From the NCBI GenBank assembly GCA_016906335.1, contig JADEYG010000007.1:1674001-1738000 (forward strand): DNA of 64,000 bases, in the 5' to 3' direction. Source of the stretch: Novakomyces olei (taxonomy: Eukaryota). Below, piece after piece: positions 42,521-56,031 of this stretch. The stretch's first letter is position 1. Each line of letters opens with the position of its first letter. The translations under genes were made by a program, and so were the position numbers. The notes under the pieces are model-generated. The model made no database searches, had not been told where the DNA came from, and saw only the letters and a list, made by a program, of their open reading frames with translations.

Positions 42521-42733
42521 ACTCGCCGACTCACTGACCGGCTAAGACAACTCAACCATGAGTGTCAGTTGTTTGACTTTTAGCTTTACAGAATACTCAC
42601 TCAAAAATACATAGTTACATATATATAGCTCAAGCGAACCCTCACACCCTCGGGGGATTCAGCTGAAGCAATCTAGAGTATCTAATTCATTTAATCTACC
42701 ATAAGAGCAAATTCCAACCTTCTATATTCAACA
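42432..42733 (+). repeat. Copia 5' LTR (302 bp, contains an AAT microsatellite)
   Basis: TGTTGAA...TTCAACA termini, followed immediately by GGTTATGAGCC (half-tRNA-iMet type PBS of copia/Ty5-like elements). Confidence 0.85.
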
Positions 42734-42825
42734 GGTTATGAGCCTGGAAGGTGATTGTTGAATTTCAAACTCAAGATACCGCTCGCTGTCTTTTAATAAA
42801 ACTATTTCTCTTATTCAAAGCTCAA

Positions 42826-44464
42826 ATGGCTGATGTCAATGTCACCCCCGGACAGGCATCTAGCATCAGAAATAATACTATTATTCTTGGAGTCATCCCT
42901 CAATTGAAAGATTGGCATTCCTATCTGGAGTGGAGAATTAAAATCAAAAATAGACTTGAATTACATGGCCTTTCATCGCTGCTAGACAATTCTGTCGACA
43001 CAACTACAGTGTCGAATGTGAGCACACTAATAGTGACGGCTGAACTAGTCGAAGCAATAAGTGGGGATCTTCTTGGACCCCGAATCGAAGGGCTCAAAAC
43101 CCCTCAAAAACTATTTGAACTACTGGACACCGAATTCGAAAAAAGAAAGCATCGAGTGACCGAATCCATTGTATCAAAATTTATGAATCCGTCGAAACTA
43201 TGGAATGGAGACCCGGAAAACTTTATTACGGAATACAGAAAACAAATCGTAAATTTAGTTCGACTCGGCTACACGGAACTCACCTACTTTGCCTATTGCG
43301 GCATACTTTCTGCAATACCTCGCGACATTGCAAATACAATCCGACACAACGTGAGCTCCACTATTAATTCTGAGACCCACGTATTTGATCTACTTGACCT
43401 TATCGATAATGAACTAATTTATTACACAATGGATAAGACTTCCTATTCCGGAAATGGAGCCCACCATATTCCTGTTCGAGGAGAAGAATCTACCTATCAT
43501 ATCAACAGATCAAATCAAAATTTCAAAAGTGGAAACAATGGATATAGCGATAAGGCTGAGAGACAGTCTAAAAAGTCTGTTAACAAATGCGGTTACTGCG
43601 ATAAGAATGGCCACAAAACAAATGACTGCTTTAAGAATCCTAATGGGAAAAACGCAAGATACTTCAACGATATTGAACCATGTCATACATGTACAACAGC
43701 AAATGTAACTCGGGAACCCTTCCCAAATACGGGGAGAAGCAGACCAACAGGTCTATTTGACCTGGTGCACAGCGACGTGTGCGGGCCTATCAATCTAAAC
43801 TCTGAATTTAATTACAAATACTTCGTTACATTTATAGAAGACCTGTCGGGCTTCACGTTCATAAAATTGATGAAGAATAAAAATGAAGTCACCCAAATCT
43901 TCGCAGAGTTAATTCCATTTGTTAAAACACAATTTCGAAAAATGATAAAAACATTAAGAACAGACAACGGTCTGGAATACATCAATGCCGAAATGCATGA
44001 ACTGTGCAAAAAACATGGCATTATACACCAAACTAGCACCACTTATACTCCACAGCAAAATGGAGTAGCGGAACGCGCAAATCGAACAATATTATCGAAG
44101 GCACGAAGCCTACTACTCGCACGCAAAGTCCCGATAAAATTCTGGAGTGATGCTGTGGTTACTAGTTGCTACCTGAAAAATCGACTACCAACTAGAATAG
44201 CACCAAAGACTCCGTACGAAACAATCTACAAAAGACCTCCGAATCTGGACAATCTGAAAGTGTTTGGTTGCTTGGCAATAGCACTGGACAAGCACGCCAA
44301 TAACAAAACCAAGCTGGAACAAAGAGGAGATGAATACATTTTCATCGGCTATTCTGAAACACAGAAAGGCTACATACTGTCCAATCTCAAAAATGGGAAA
44401 AGAGTCGTATCTCGAAATGTCGAATTCCTTGAAAACGAACAGATTAATAATTCCACTGCTACTG
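42826..44464 (+). pseudogene. Copia gag-integrase polyprotein lacking protease, truncated by element A
   Basis: CGYCDKNGHKTNDC knuckle; HSDVCGP, RTDNGLEY, QQNGVAERANRT (DDE), KVFGC, FIGYS. Confidence 0.9.
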
Positions 44465-44791
44465 TGTCATATCAATATGACATAATTCCGTTTTCATCGG
44501 AGATAATCCGTTCGATTGCGGATTATTTCCAATTCCGGAATTTTAGTTAGCCACTTTGTGGCTTAGACAGTCTTTTCCGTAGTTGTTTCTATTTTTAGTT
44601 ATAGTTAGTTAGTTCCAGCAAGGATAAAAGGAGGCCCGTTCGCACTTTTATCCGACGCTGATTATCGACCGTGTCGACCGTGTTGACCGTGTAAACCGTT
44701 TTAAGTACTATTACCTTCCATTTGGCTTCCCACCACAGTTGCCGTGAAAGCAACACAGCCGTACCCAAACCAAACAAAGAAAAACACAACA
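44465..44791 (+). repeat. Element A 5' LTR
   Basis: TG...CA ends, direct repeat of 57072-57398. Confidence 0.96.
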
Positions 44792-44829
44792 GTATAATCA
44801 GCCCACGTTGTGGTGCCGAGCCGTTCGTC

Positions 44830-45374
44830 ATGGAAGGTGTCGACATGAATCGTCTGAACCAATTTGTTGAGGAAACAACAGCGAAGTTACAGCTACTGGA
44901 GCATGAGAACATGATGCTGAAGGTCAAATTGGAAAACGATCAGGAGAGTCGACATGCGACGTTCAACCGGGAGCCCAAGTTAGCCCCGCCACCTTTGTTT
45001 TTTGGCGAGAGAGCTAAGGCTCGTGAATTTATCACCCAAGTGAAAATGATAACCGACGCACTACCCTCGAGATACGGATCGGACCGCCAGAAGGTCACGT
45101 TTGCAGCAACCTATTTGCGAGGAACCGCGTTCAGGTGGATTGAGCCTCACATCCTAGGGGAAAACGAAGGAATACTCAACGATTTTGAGACGTTTTGTGA
45201 TTCATTCCTACAGATGTTTGGTGATCGAGATATTAGAAAGCAGGCGCAGAAGCAAATTCGCAATCTGAAGCAGTCTGGAGCTGTTGCTCAGTACGCAGCC
45301 GAGTTTGACAGACTCAGAGCGAACTTTAGCTGGAACGAAGAAGCGTTGATTTCGCAGTACTACGAGGGCCTTAG
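44830..45374 (+). CDS. Element A gag, N-terminal part (continues at 52009)
   Basis: EPKLAPPPLFFG, ATYLRGTAFRW, LKQSGAVAQYAAEF; joins as YEGLS-DRLKDELA after removing B. Confidence 0.9.
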
Positions 45375-46006
45375 TGTCATGATCCTCGCCTTGGCGAGTT
45401 CCTGACAACCGCGTTGGGAAGCGAGGGGCGACGCCTGTAGTCGGACTTGGGATGTCCGCGCGTCGCAAGCTTCGCCAACGCGGCCCAAGACCAGTCGGCG
45501 CGTAATGCGATGGTCTTGGGACGTAGAAGTTGTCTTAGTGCGCATGTAGGTACGCGCACTAAGCCAGCTTGGCCCACGGGAGCGAGGGGCTCCATGCACA
45601 ATGTGCACGGACCTCGCTTCCCGTTCTCATTCTCGCACGCTAGCGAGTGCGACCCTTCGCACTCCGCTAGCGCGAGAACATTCATAGTTATTTCCATAGT
45701 CTAGTTTAGGTTGAGAGCTTCCCGCTCTAACTTGTGCGACCTTCGCATAAGTTAGTTTGGGAAGAGTAGTTTAGAATGCGAAGGAGCATCCGCTCCTCCG
45801 CAACTTAGTTTAGTTTATAGTTGCCCGTGAAGGCCTCTCGCCCTTCACGGGTTGATTATCTCAAAGTGGGAGTAATATATTATATTACTCCTGGTAAGCC
45901 TTACAATAATCGCTTTCTGTTCCCTTGGTTTCTGTAATTCCTTTACTTCTATTTAGACTATACACGACCGGCCTCCAGCGGTTGTAGTTGTAAGGACCGT
46001 CTTACA
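45375..46006 (+). repeat. Element B 5' LTR
   Basis: TGTCA...TTACA, direct repeat of 51372-52003. Confidence 0.96.
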
Positions 46007-46342
46007 CTATAATCAACCCGTCCCGGTCGTTGAAGTTTGAAGTTTTTTGGAATTGTTTGTGTTTTATTTCCTTCGGATTCGAGAGAGTTTCGGACGTCGA
46101 GTCAAAGACGCGGTTCGGTACTTATTTTTACGGATTTTTACGGAAGTTAAAACGGTTAAAGCGTTGAGTGAACGACGTGGATTCGAGTTTGAGAATTTTG
46201 AGTTATCGAGTGTTCCGGTGAAACACAGTTATTTTGAGTTATTGAGTATCGGCTTGGATAGTCGACGATTGAGTGAACAATTTACGAAGAACGGTTCTGG
46301 AAGAACGATTACGATTACGATATTTGCGGTACGAGGGACAAG

Positions 46343-47275
46343 ATGTCGCAAGAGGAGCTTAACACCTTTTTGCAATCCCTGCAAACTCAGATTGCCGAGT
46401 TGAAGGCAGAGAACGAGAAAGGGCGATCGCACATTGCGCATCTGACCCAGGAGATCGGTTCGCGAGCTAAGAGAGCCCCGACGAGTGACGGACCAGCGGT
46501 GATGAAGCCCGACGCGTTTCGTGGGGACCGCAAAATGGTCGAGAATTTTTTGGCGCAGCTTCGCCTTTACATCATGTTGAAACCGCACGAGTTTCGCGAC
46601 GAGCGTTCGAAGGTTTTGTTCGCAGCTTCGTATTTGCGGGACGCCGCATTTGCGTGGTTCGAACCACACCTTCGCAACAACGACTTCGCTTCGGTAGTAC
46701 CTACTTTTGAAGCCTTTTGCGAAGCGTTGGCCGCGAATTTCGGCAAGGTCGACAGGGTGAGTCAGGCGCAAAGAGAGTTAGCCGCCTTGAGACAACGTGG
46801 ATCAGCAGCATCTTATGCGAGCATTTTTCAAAGAATTGCTTCGTATTTGGATTTCAATGACAGTGCGCTGACGTTTATGTATTATCAGGGGCTGAAGGAT
46901 CGCATCAAGGATGAGCTTTCCAGGATGGACAGACCCCGCACTTTGAATGAAATGATTGAGATATCAGTTCGCGTGGATGGAAGAATATCCGACAGGCACA
47001 TCGAGAGTGCAAGCCGCGGTTCCGTGAAATATTCCAACAACCGCCCGGCTGCAAACGCGAGTACAAGTTTTACTCCTATGGATGTGGACGCGATTAGTTT
47101 AGAAAAGGAAGATGACAACCATCGCAAAAGCAACATCAAATGCTTTAACTGTGGACGCGTGGGTCATCGAGCAAGAGAATGCAAGCAGAAGAAGAAGACG
47201 TACAATCAGCAACACGTCGCTGCATTCACGCACGAATTTTCCGATTTGGGAAAAGCGAACGCCCAGGTCCAATGA
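46343..47275 (+). CDS. Element B gag
   Basis: [44 protein letters not shown] knuckle. Confidence 0.93.
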   Translation: MSQEELNTFLQSLQTQIAELKAENEKGRSHIAHLTQEIGSRAKRAPTSDGPAVMKPDAFRGDRKMVENFLAQLRLYIMLKPHEFRDERSKVLFAASYLRDAAFAWFEPHLRNNDFASVVPTFEAFCEALAANFGKVDRVSQAQRELAALRQRGSAASYASIFQRIASYLDFNDSALTFMYYQGLKDRIKDELSRMDRPRTLNEMIEISVRVDGRISDRHIESASRGSVKYSNNRPAANASTSFTPMDVDAISLEKEDDNHRKSNIKCFNCGRVGHRARECKQKKKTYNQQHVAAFTHEFSDLGKANAQVQ

Positions 47276-50200
47276 AAAGGCCTGATCTGGGCAAACAACT
47301 ATTTAGGCCACCAGAAGTTATGACAGTTTTTACGGAACCGGACAAAGCAAAGCATCTGACTGTCGTCGTGAAAGTCAAGACAGAGGATGGAGAGTTGAAC
47401 GCGAGAGCCCTGATTGACTCAGGAGCTACCTCTAATTTTATCAGCGAGAAGCTCGCATCGCATGCTTTTATTAAGCTTACGGAGAAGAGCGAGACCGAGC
47501 CCATCAGAGTCGTTGATGGAAGGACAATCAAGTCAGGAGGTATTCGCTTTCACACCAGCGAGATGGATATATCAATTGGCGAACATCGAGAAAGGATGAC
47601 CTTCAATGTCATACCTCTTCGTGGATACGATGCTATCTTGGGCAAGCCATGGTTGGACAAGCATGAGCCTACGATCGGATGGAGTCGCGCAAACGTCGAG
47701 TTCAAGTCGAACTACTGTTTGGCGAACTGTTTGAAGTGCAGTACATTATCCGAATCCATGCAAGTCAGCGCAACCGAATTTGCAAGATTGGCTCGTAATG
47801 GAGAATCAGGTATTTTATGTGTGTACGCAACGGACGAGCAAGATATCGAGCCTCGCGTTACATTGCCTGGGTTCTACGAGGGATATCGCGACCTATTTGA
47901 GAAGAAGAACGCGGACGTTTTGCCGAAACATCAACCTTGGGATCATGCGATACCCTTGGCCGAAAATGCAAAGCCGCCTTTTGGTCCGATCTACCCGCTC
48001 GCCGAACGCGAATTGCAAACTCTGAGAGATTATATCAAGGAAAACCTCGCTAAAGGTTTTATACGACCGTCGTCGTCGCCCGCGGGGGCGCCGATCTTAT
48101 TTGTCAAAAAGAAAGATGGATCGCTTAGATTATGCGTTGACTATCGCGGTCTGAACGCAATCACTGTCAAAAACAGATATGCATTACCGCTTATATCCGA
48201 ACTTCTAGATCGCATTCGCCAAGCACTATTTTTACGCGACTGGATCTTCGCGGTGCATATAATTTGGTTAGGATACGAAAAGGCGACGAATGGAAAACGG
48301 CCTTTCGTACGAGGTACGGCCACTACGAGTATCAAGTCATGCCGTTTGGGCTTACGAATGCCCCGGCTTCGTTTCAAGCACTCGCCAACGACACTTTGCG
48401 AGATTGCCTGGATCGATATGTTGTCGTTTACTTGGACGATATACTGATTTACTCAAATACAGAGGAAGAACACGTGGAGCACGTGCGCGGAGTATTGGAG
48501 AGACTTCGCAAGGCAAATTTATTTGTCAAATTGGAGAAATGCGAATTCCATACCGACACAACGGAGTTTCTTGGCTTCGTGATTTCAACGAAAGGTCTGT
48601 CGATGGAAAATACGAAGGTCAAATCGATTGAAACATGGCCCGAGCCAAAGAATGTTAAGGAGGTTATGTCGTTCCTGGGACTGGCGAACTATTACCGAAG
48701 ATTCATCGCCAACTACAGCAAGATTACGGCACCTCTTACCCGGCTTTTAAAGAAGGATACAAAGTTCGTGTTTAGCGACGAATGCAGGGAGTCATTCAAT
48801 GCGTTGAAGGATGCATTCTTAGGCGCACCTATTCTTGTGCACTTCGATCCACAAAAGCCGAGCTTCTTGGAAACGGACGCCTCAGATTTTGCGATAGGCG
48901 GGATCCTTTCGCAAAAGGATGAAAACGGCGACATGAGACCAATCGCATTTTACTCGCGCAAGATGACAAGCGCAGAGACGAACTACGACATTCACGACAA
49001 GGAGCTATTAGCTATTGTTGTATGTCTTCGGGAATGGAGGGTATACTTGGAGAGTCCCCTTCACAAAACCACGATATACACGGATCATCGCAATCTTGTG
49101 TACTTTTGGACCGCGCGTGTCCTGAATAGACGGCAAATGCGCTGGTCGCAGTTACTTGCGTCTTACGATTTTGTGATCGTGTATCGTGCGGGAAAGTTTA
49201 ACCACAAGGCTGACTCCTTATCGCGAAGAAGCGATTACGTTAGCAGCGAAGAGGAGGAAAAGCCAGAACGAACAATGGTGCTTTTGGACAAATCGCAATT
49301 TGTGTTTGCGATTGAGGACAACAAAACGCTAGCACAGGATGTTAAGAAATGCTACGAGAAGGACAGCATTTGCAAAAATATTATTGAGGAGTTAAAGAGC
49401 AAGCCCGATGCTGCTCATTCGGAGAATTATACAATGGACAAGGAAGGTCTTTTAATGTTCTCGGGTTTGATTTACATACCCAGAGACAACGATTTGCGAT
49501 TATCAATCATGCAAGAATGTCATGATTCGCAGACTTCAGGTCACCCCGGACAGGCTAAGACGCTAGAGCTTGTGACAAGGAACTATTACTGGCCAAGGAT
49601 GCGAAAGGACGTATTTAACTATGTGGAGTCATGCGACACTTGCGCACGAAGTAAATCATCGCATCATGCTCCCTACGGTCTATTACATTCGTTGCGAGTA
49701 CCTACAAAGCCTTGGGAAAGCATTGCTATGGACTTCATTGTGAAGCTCCCGGTGTCAAGAGATGTCATCACAGGCAAAGACTACGACTCAATTTGGGTTA
49801 TAGTATGTCGCTTTACGAAGATAGGCATCTTTGTACCAATATGCGAGACCATGAGCGCGAAAGAACTAGCATTGCTATACGCTCACAGAGTATTTGCTAA
49901 CTTTGGACTGCCAGAAGAAATTATCTCAGATCGTGGATCAGTTTTCGTATCACATTTTACGAAGCATTTACTCGCACATTGTGATATCAAGCAAAGGTTA
50001 TCAACTGCGTACCATCCCCAGAGCGATGGACAAACGGAAAGGCTTAATCAGAGCCTCGAGCAATATTTGAGAATTTACAGCAATTACCAACAAACGAATT
50101 GGGTAAACTTGCTACCTTTTGCACAGTTCGCATATAACAATACTGAGCAATCATCAATAAAAGCGACGCCTAGTTACGCTTTATATGGGTATCACCCCAA

Positions 50201-50795
50201 ATGCCGTTTTACGATAGCAACAGCACGGCAATGTCCATCGGCGGACAATCGGATTGATTTCTTGCGAACACTACATCGCCTTTTACAGATTGAAATCAAA
50301 CATGCCATTAGCGATCAAGCACGGTTTGCTAATACGCACCGTGTCGACAAGGATTTTGAAGTCGGTCAGAAAGTATGGCTAGTGAGAAAGAACATCAGTA
50401 CCACTAGGCCAAGCGACAAGTTAGATTACAAGAAGATTGGACCCTTTACAATCTTGAAACGTATCGGTTTACGTGCATACAAGTTGGATTTACCGAACAC
50501 GATGAGAATACATCCAGTATTCCATGCTTCTTTATTGGAATCGTACAAGTCTACGTCTACGATTGTGCGACAGCAGACAGCACCACCACCACCAATAATT
50601 ATCGAGAATACACCAGAGTGGGAGGTAGAGGAAGTGTTGGACTCAAGGAAGCGAAGAAACAAATTGGAATATTTCGTACATTGGAAGGGATACGATAGTG
50701 CTAATCGCACTTGGGAGCCGGCAGGCAATTTGACAAATTGCGACGATTTAGTGAAAGAATTTCACAGATTACACCCGGCTAAGCCGAAGCTATGA
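47248..50795 (+). CDS. Element B pol (PR-RT-RH-IN-chromodomain), -1 to gag, with one extra frameshift at ~48222
   Basis: [61 protein letters not shown]. Confidence 0.93.
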
Positions 50796-51371
50796 TGTTT
50801 ACGTTAATCGCGATACAGGTTACGTCATTCAACTCACGTAATCTTACGCAATCGCGAGACTCAACTCTTGATTTTTGTTTACGACTGCGATATAATACAC
50901 AATTCGCACTAGTTATTTATCGCTATTTGGAAAAAACTTTTTTGAAAATCATGCAAAAAAAATTATTAAAATCGAAAACGATGAAGCTAACACCGCTTTA
51001 ATCATTTACGGCGTTGACAAATTGAACGCGACTATTGTTTATTCTATCGCACGACATACACACGTTATACGGAGGAGATACGACAACACTGACCAGGGAG
51101 ACGACTTGGTTTGCAATTGGAAGACAGTATGGTCTACATGTGTTCGTGCTCGCATTTTAATTTTCTTTCCTTACGCAGGGCAATGCGAACATTTATTGAT
51201 TGATTTGATTTACCCATGCTATTTTATTGAGACAAGACTGTGGAAGAGTTGCAATGTTCCTTATTATGTTGAAAGCTGGGAAATCTGTTGTTTTTATTTT
51301 CGCCTTACTATTGTTTTGGGATATTTTATGTTTTGCGGGCGCGGGGACCTCGCCCAAGGGAGGGGGGATAC

Positions 51372-52003
51372 TGTCATGATCCTCGCCTTGGCGAGTTCCT
51401 GACAACCGCGTTGGGAAGCGAGGGGCGACGCCTGTAGTCGGACTTGGGATGTCCGCGCGTCGCAAGCTTCGCCAACGCGGCCCAAGACCAGTCGGCGCGT
51501 AATGCGATGGTCTTGGGACGTAGAAGTTGTCTTAGTGCGCATGTAGGTACGCGCACTAAGCCAGCTTGGCCCACGGGAGCGAGGGGCTCCATGCACAATG
51601 TGCACGGACCTCGCTTCCCGTTCTCATTCTCGCACGCTAGCGAGTGCGACCCTTCGCACTCCGCTAGCGCGAGAACATTCATAGTTATTTCCATAGTCTA
51701 GTTTAGGTTGAGAGCTTCCCGCTCTAACTTGTGCGACCTTCGCATAAGTTAGTTTGGGAAGAGTAGTTTAGAATGCGAAGGAGCATCCGCTCCTCCGCAA
51801 CTTAGTTTAGTTTATAGTTGCCCGTGAAGGCCTCTCGCCCTTCACGGGTTGATTATCTCAAAGTGGGAGTAATATATTATATTACTCCTGGTAAGCCTTA
51901 CAATAATCGCTTTCTGTTCCCTTGGTTTCTGTAATTCCTTTACTTCTATTTAGACTATACACGACCGGCCTCCAGCGGTTGTAGTTGTAAGGACCGTCTT
52001 ACA
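51372..52003 (+). repeat. Element B 3' LTR
   Basis: Direct repeat of 45375-46006. Confidence 0.96.
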
Positions 52004-52008
52004 CTTAG

Positions 52009-55000
52009 CGACAGGCTTAAGGACGAATTGGCAAGAACGACAGAGCCTAGTACCTTGCGAGAGATGATCGAGATGACGATCAGTATTGATAATCGTCTAT
52101 TTGAGAGACGTAAAGAGAGACAGAGAACAAGTTACGAACCGAGAACGTATTATGAGCCGAGATTTACGGGCAGAAGTAACCAGACGACTGCACCGATGGA
52201 AATTGATTTGGCGGTTGCCGGTGCCAGAGGAGCAGGCAGACCCGCAAGAGAGTACAAGACGAATGACAGAGAGCACAAGACGAATTACAGAGACGCGAGA
52301 GACGCGAGAGAAAGAGAGAGAAGTCACGACAACAGAACGTACAGTGTTATAATTGCCAGAAGAAAGGGCATATTGCAAAGAGTGCAAAGAAAAGAGAATT
52401 CCGTTTGTAAGCCGTCAAGCTGCAATGACGACGAACGAGTTGAGCGACGACTCGGGAAAAGATTTCGCCTAGAGAAAGAAGTGGTTTCTCTAGGACAAGC
52501 TGAATTAAAAGCCACTGAAAGACGACGAGATACTGGAGTGAGACATTTGGAGACGGACGTCCAAATAAATGGGCTTAGACGAAAAGCTTTAGTGGATTCA
52601 GGAGCGAACCTAAATTTCATACACCCGCGATTAATATTGAATTTGAATCTAAAGACAGAAAGACTTCAGAGACCAATTGTGATACAGGTTGTCGATGGCC
52701 GAAGCCTGGCATCAGGACCCGTGGCGAGAACTACGAAGATTATGGACATGAAGATAGGAAATTGTGTTACACCTACGAGATTTTATGTGGCAGATATTGG
52801 CCAGAGAGACATCATTTTGGGTATTCAATGGTTGCAAGAGAACAATCCCATTATTGATTGGAAGAATCGTACATTATCATTTGAAGTACAGAATACAGAG
52901 CAAGATTATGCAGACGCAACTTGCACGCAGACGAGCGGATTAAAGGCAAGTTTTGCGGATGAAACACAAGTGCCGCAAGAGAGCGGATTTTTTCCCGAAA
53001 AACCGGAAAGCGATAACGTTGGAAAAATCCCCCAAATTCCTACAGAATATGAAGACTATCGTGATGTATTCGATGAGAGACGAGCAGACGTATTGCCACC
53101 GCATCGAAGCTATGATCATGAAATAATATTGGAAAAGGGATCGAAGGTACCTTTTGGACCTATCTACAACATATCTGCAGACGAGCAGAGAGAGTTGCTC
53201 AAGTATATTGAGGAAAACTTGTATAAGAAATTCATCAGAAAATCGAAGTCACCAGCAGGAGCACCCATATTGTTTGTGAAAAAGAAGGACGGGAGCTTAC
53301 GACTCTGCGTGGACTACAGAGCACTAAATGCGATTACAGTCAAGAATCGATATCCTATTCCGAGAATTGATGGACTCATCGATAAGTTAAGTGGAAGTCG
53401 TATATTTACTAAGATCGATTTGAAAGGCGCTTACAATCTGATACGTATTCGAAATGGCGACGAGTGGAAAACCGCATTTCGTACAAGATACGGACATTTT
53501 GAATACAGAGTGATGCCTTTTGGACTCACTAATGCGCCAGCAACTTTCCAAAACCTTATGAATGACGTATTCCGAGATATCCTGGATAGATATGTCTTAG
53601 TCTATCTGGATGACATCCTCATTTACTCGAGAAATAAAGAGGAACATATACAGCATGCCAGAGAAGTGTTTAAGCGATTACGAGCAAGACAGCTGTTCGC
53701 AAAGGCAAGCAAATGTGAATTTCACAAGACAAAAGTGGAATTTCTAGGATTTATTATATCGACAGAAGGAGTTTCGATGAGCTCGGACAAGACCAAGCCT
53801 ATTAATGACTGGCCCACACCAAAGAACGTCAAGGACGTACAGTCGTTTCTTGGACTATGCAATTATTACAGAAGATTCATTCCTGGATTTTCAAAGATTG
53901 TGACACCAATAACAAGTCTATTAAAGAAGGATAATACATTTAGCTGGGGAGCAGACCAAGAGAAGGCTTTTGAACAATTGAAAGACAGCTTTCGAAGAGA
54001 CGTTACGTTAAAGCATTACGATCCAGAACTCGAGTGCATTGTCGAAACAGATGCCTCAGATTTCGCTATAGGAGCCGTACTGTTACAAGAACAAGGAGGC
54101 GAAAAGAGACCGATTGCTTTTATAAGCAGAAAGCTTGAACCAGCCGAGATCAATTATGATATACACGATAAAGAGTTACTTGCGATTGTCTATGCATTCG
54201 GAATATGGAGACACTATTTGCAAGGACATCCAAAGCCAATTATTGTATATACTGATCATCGGAACTTGCAGACGTTTACTACGACAAAGAAACTATCGAG
54301 GAGACAAGCACGTTGGTCGGAACTATTAGGAGAATATGAATTTAAGATTCGATACAGAAAAGGATCAGGAAACGCAGCAGCAGACGCGTTGAGCAGAAGA
54401 GTTGATTTTAATAATGTTGACTTGAAGGAATACCAAATTGATAAGCCGTTGATCGATCCAGCAAGATTTGATCTAAGTATGACAACAGTCGAACATATAG
54501 ATACGGACGAGAAGCTGGAAATATTGCGAGCATGCCATGATCACCCATTAGCAGGACATTTTGGACAACATCGAACGTTAGAACTAGTACAGCGTTTTAA
54601 GAAGTGGAAAAATATGTCGCAGGATGTTAGGGATTACGTAGCATCATGTGCGACGTGCTGGAGAAGCAAGAAATCGAGGAAGAAACCTGCAGGATTATTA
54701 AACCCGCTACAAGTACCGTCAAGACCATGGGAATCTGTTTCAATGGATTTTATCGTTAAACTTCCCGAATCCGAAGGTTTTGATTCAATACTAGTGGTTG
54801 TTGACAGATTTTCTAAAATGTGTCATTTAATCCCTTGCAAAGAATCATCCACAGCAACGGATGTAGCGAGACTATACATTGACAAGGTATTTAAACACCA
54901 CGGACTACCAAATGAAATCGTATCAGACAGAGATCCAAAGTTTTTGAGCAAATTTTGGCAAGGCATGTACCAGAACCTTGGAGTTAAGCTATTGCATTCG

Positions 55001-55780
55001 ACGAGTCACCACCCACAAACAGATGGACAGACTGAGAGAACCAATCAAACACTCGAGCAATACTTAAGAGCCTATGTCAATTACAACCAAAACAATTGGA
55101 GCAAGCTATTGTCTTTTGCGGAATTCGCAATGAACAATGCAACAAACAGCAGTACAAGACTATCACCGTTTTACATTTGCAACGGTTATCATCCAAAGGG
55201 AATACAGATCACAACTTCCCAGAGTGACAATCCAGCAGCAAATCAAACTACACGAGACTGGAACGAATTATTTGAACGAGTCAAAAGCAACATTCAATCT
55301 GCAAATAAAGCATCAAAGCTACATTATGACAAAAAGAAAACAGCAGCAAATACATTTGTGCCTGGAGACAACGTGTGGATCCAGAGAAGACACATACACA
55401 GCGAGCGACCATCGGATAAACTAGATCATACAAGACTGGGACCTTTCAAAATTATTGAGGCTATAGGAAATAGCGCTTACAGGATTGAGCTTCCCCAACA
55501 TATCAAAATACACAACGTATTTAATGAAACTTTACTGGAAAAATGTTTACCAGACCGATTTCAGAGAGACCCAACAGATGTACACGTTCCCGATGTTCTA
55601 GTGGACACGACTGAATACGAAGTCGATTACATTTGCAATCATACAGGCAGAGGCCGAAACCGCAAATATTTAGTGCATTGGAAAGGTTATGGAGTACAAG
55701 ACCGTACATGGGAACCTTTTGGAAACCTGACAAATGCAACAGAGGCAGTTAAAGCATACTGGAATAACCAAAAACATTGA
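52009..55780 (+). CDS. Element A gag C-terminus and pol (PR-RT-RH-IN-chromodomain)
   Basis: LVDSGA, YLDD, TDASDFA, CHDHPLAGH..CATC, SDRD, GPF, EYEVDYI..HWKGY..TWEP. Confidence 0.93.
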
Positions 55781-56031
55781 ATCCGCAATATCAACACATA
55801 ATCCGCTAAGATACGGATCAGATATATCTATATTATTGCTTTTATTGTTATTCTATGCTACGACTATTACTTAATAAAATAATTAAGTATATACTATTAT
55901 TATCATTATTATTTTTATGGAACGTCAAAGAATTATTACTTGTCGAAGTCAAGTATAACGAAGTCTATATATATGTGGGCTACCCCCACCAAATCCGCAA
56001 CTTAGACATCAAATCCGCAAATTTACGGACA

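Larger units (their letters stand above)
45375..52003 (+). mobile_element. Ty3/gypsy chromovirus element B, full length, inserted in gag of A
   Basis: 632-bp LTRs 45375-46006 and 51372-52003; TSD CTTAG at 45370-45374 and 52004-52008; PPT AAGGGAGGGGGGATAC. Confidence 0.96.

Noticed and set aside
45208-45704. Repeated short ORFs (MEITMNVL.., MRRADIPS..), also at 51.2-51.7 kb and 58.4-58.9 kb
   Set aside because: They recur only because they lie within the GC-rich B LTR; no coding signature
51022-51402. 126-aa ORF after element B pol as a second cargo or env gene
   Set aside because: Non-ATG start, no recognisable motif, no JmjC similarity; probably 3' UTR
55855-56031. Hydrophobic N-terminal 59 aa of the 410-aa ORF as an env-like signal or TM segment
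   Set aside because: AT-rich spacer containing a TATA-like box; ATG 56032 is the more plausible start, though unproven
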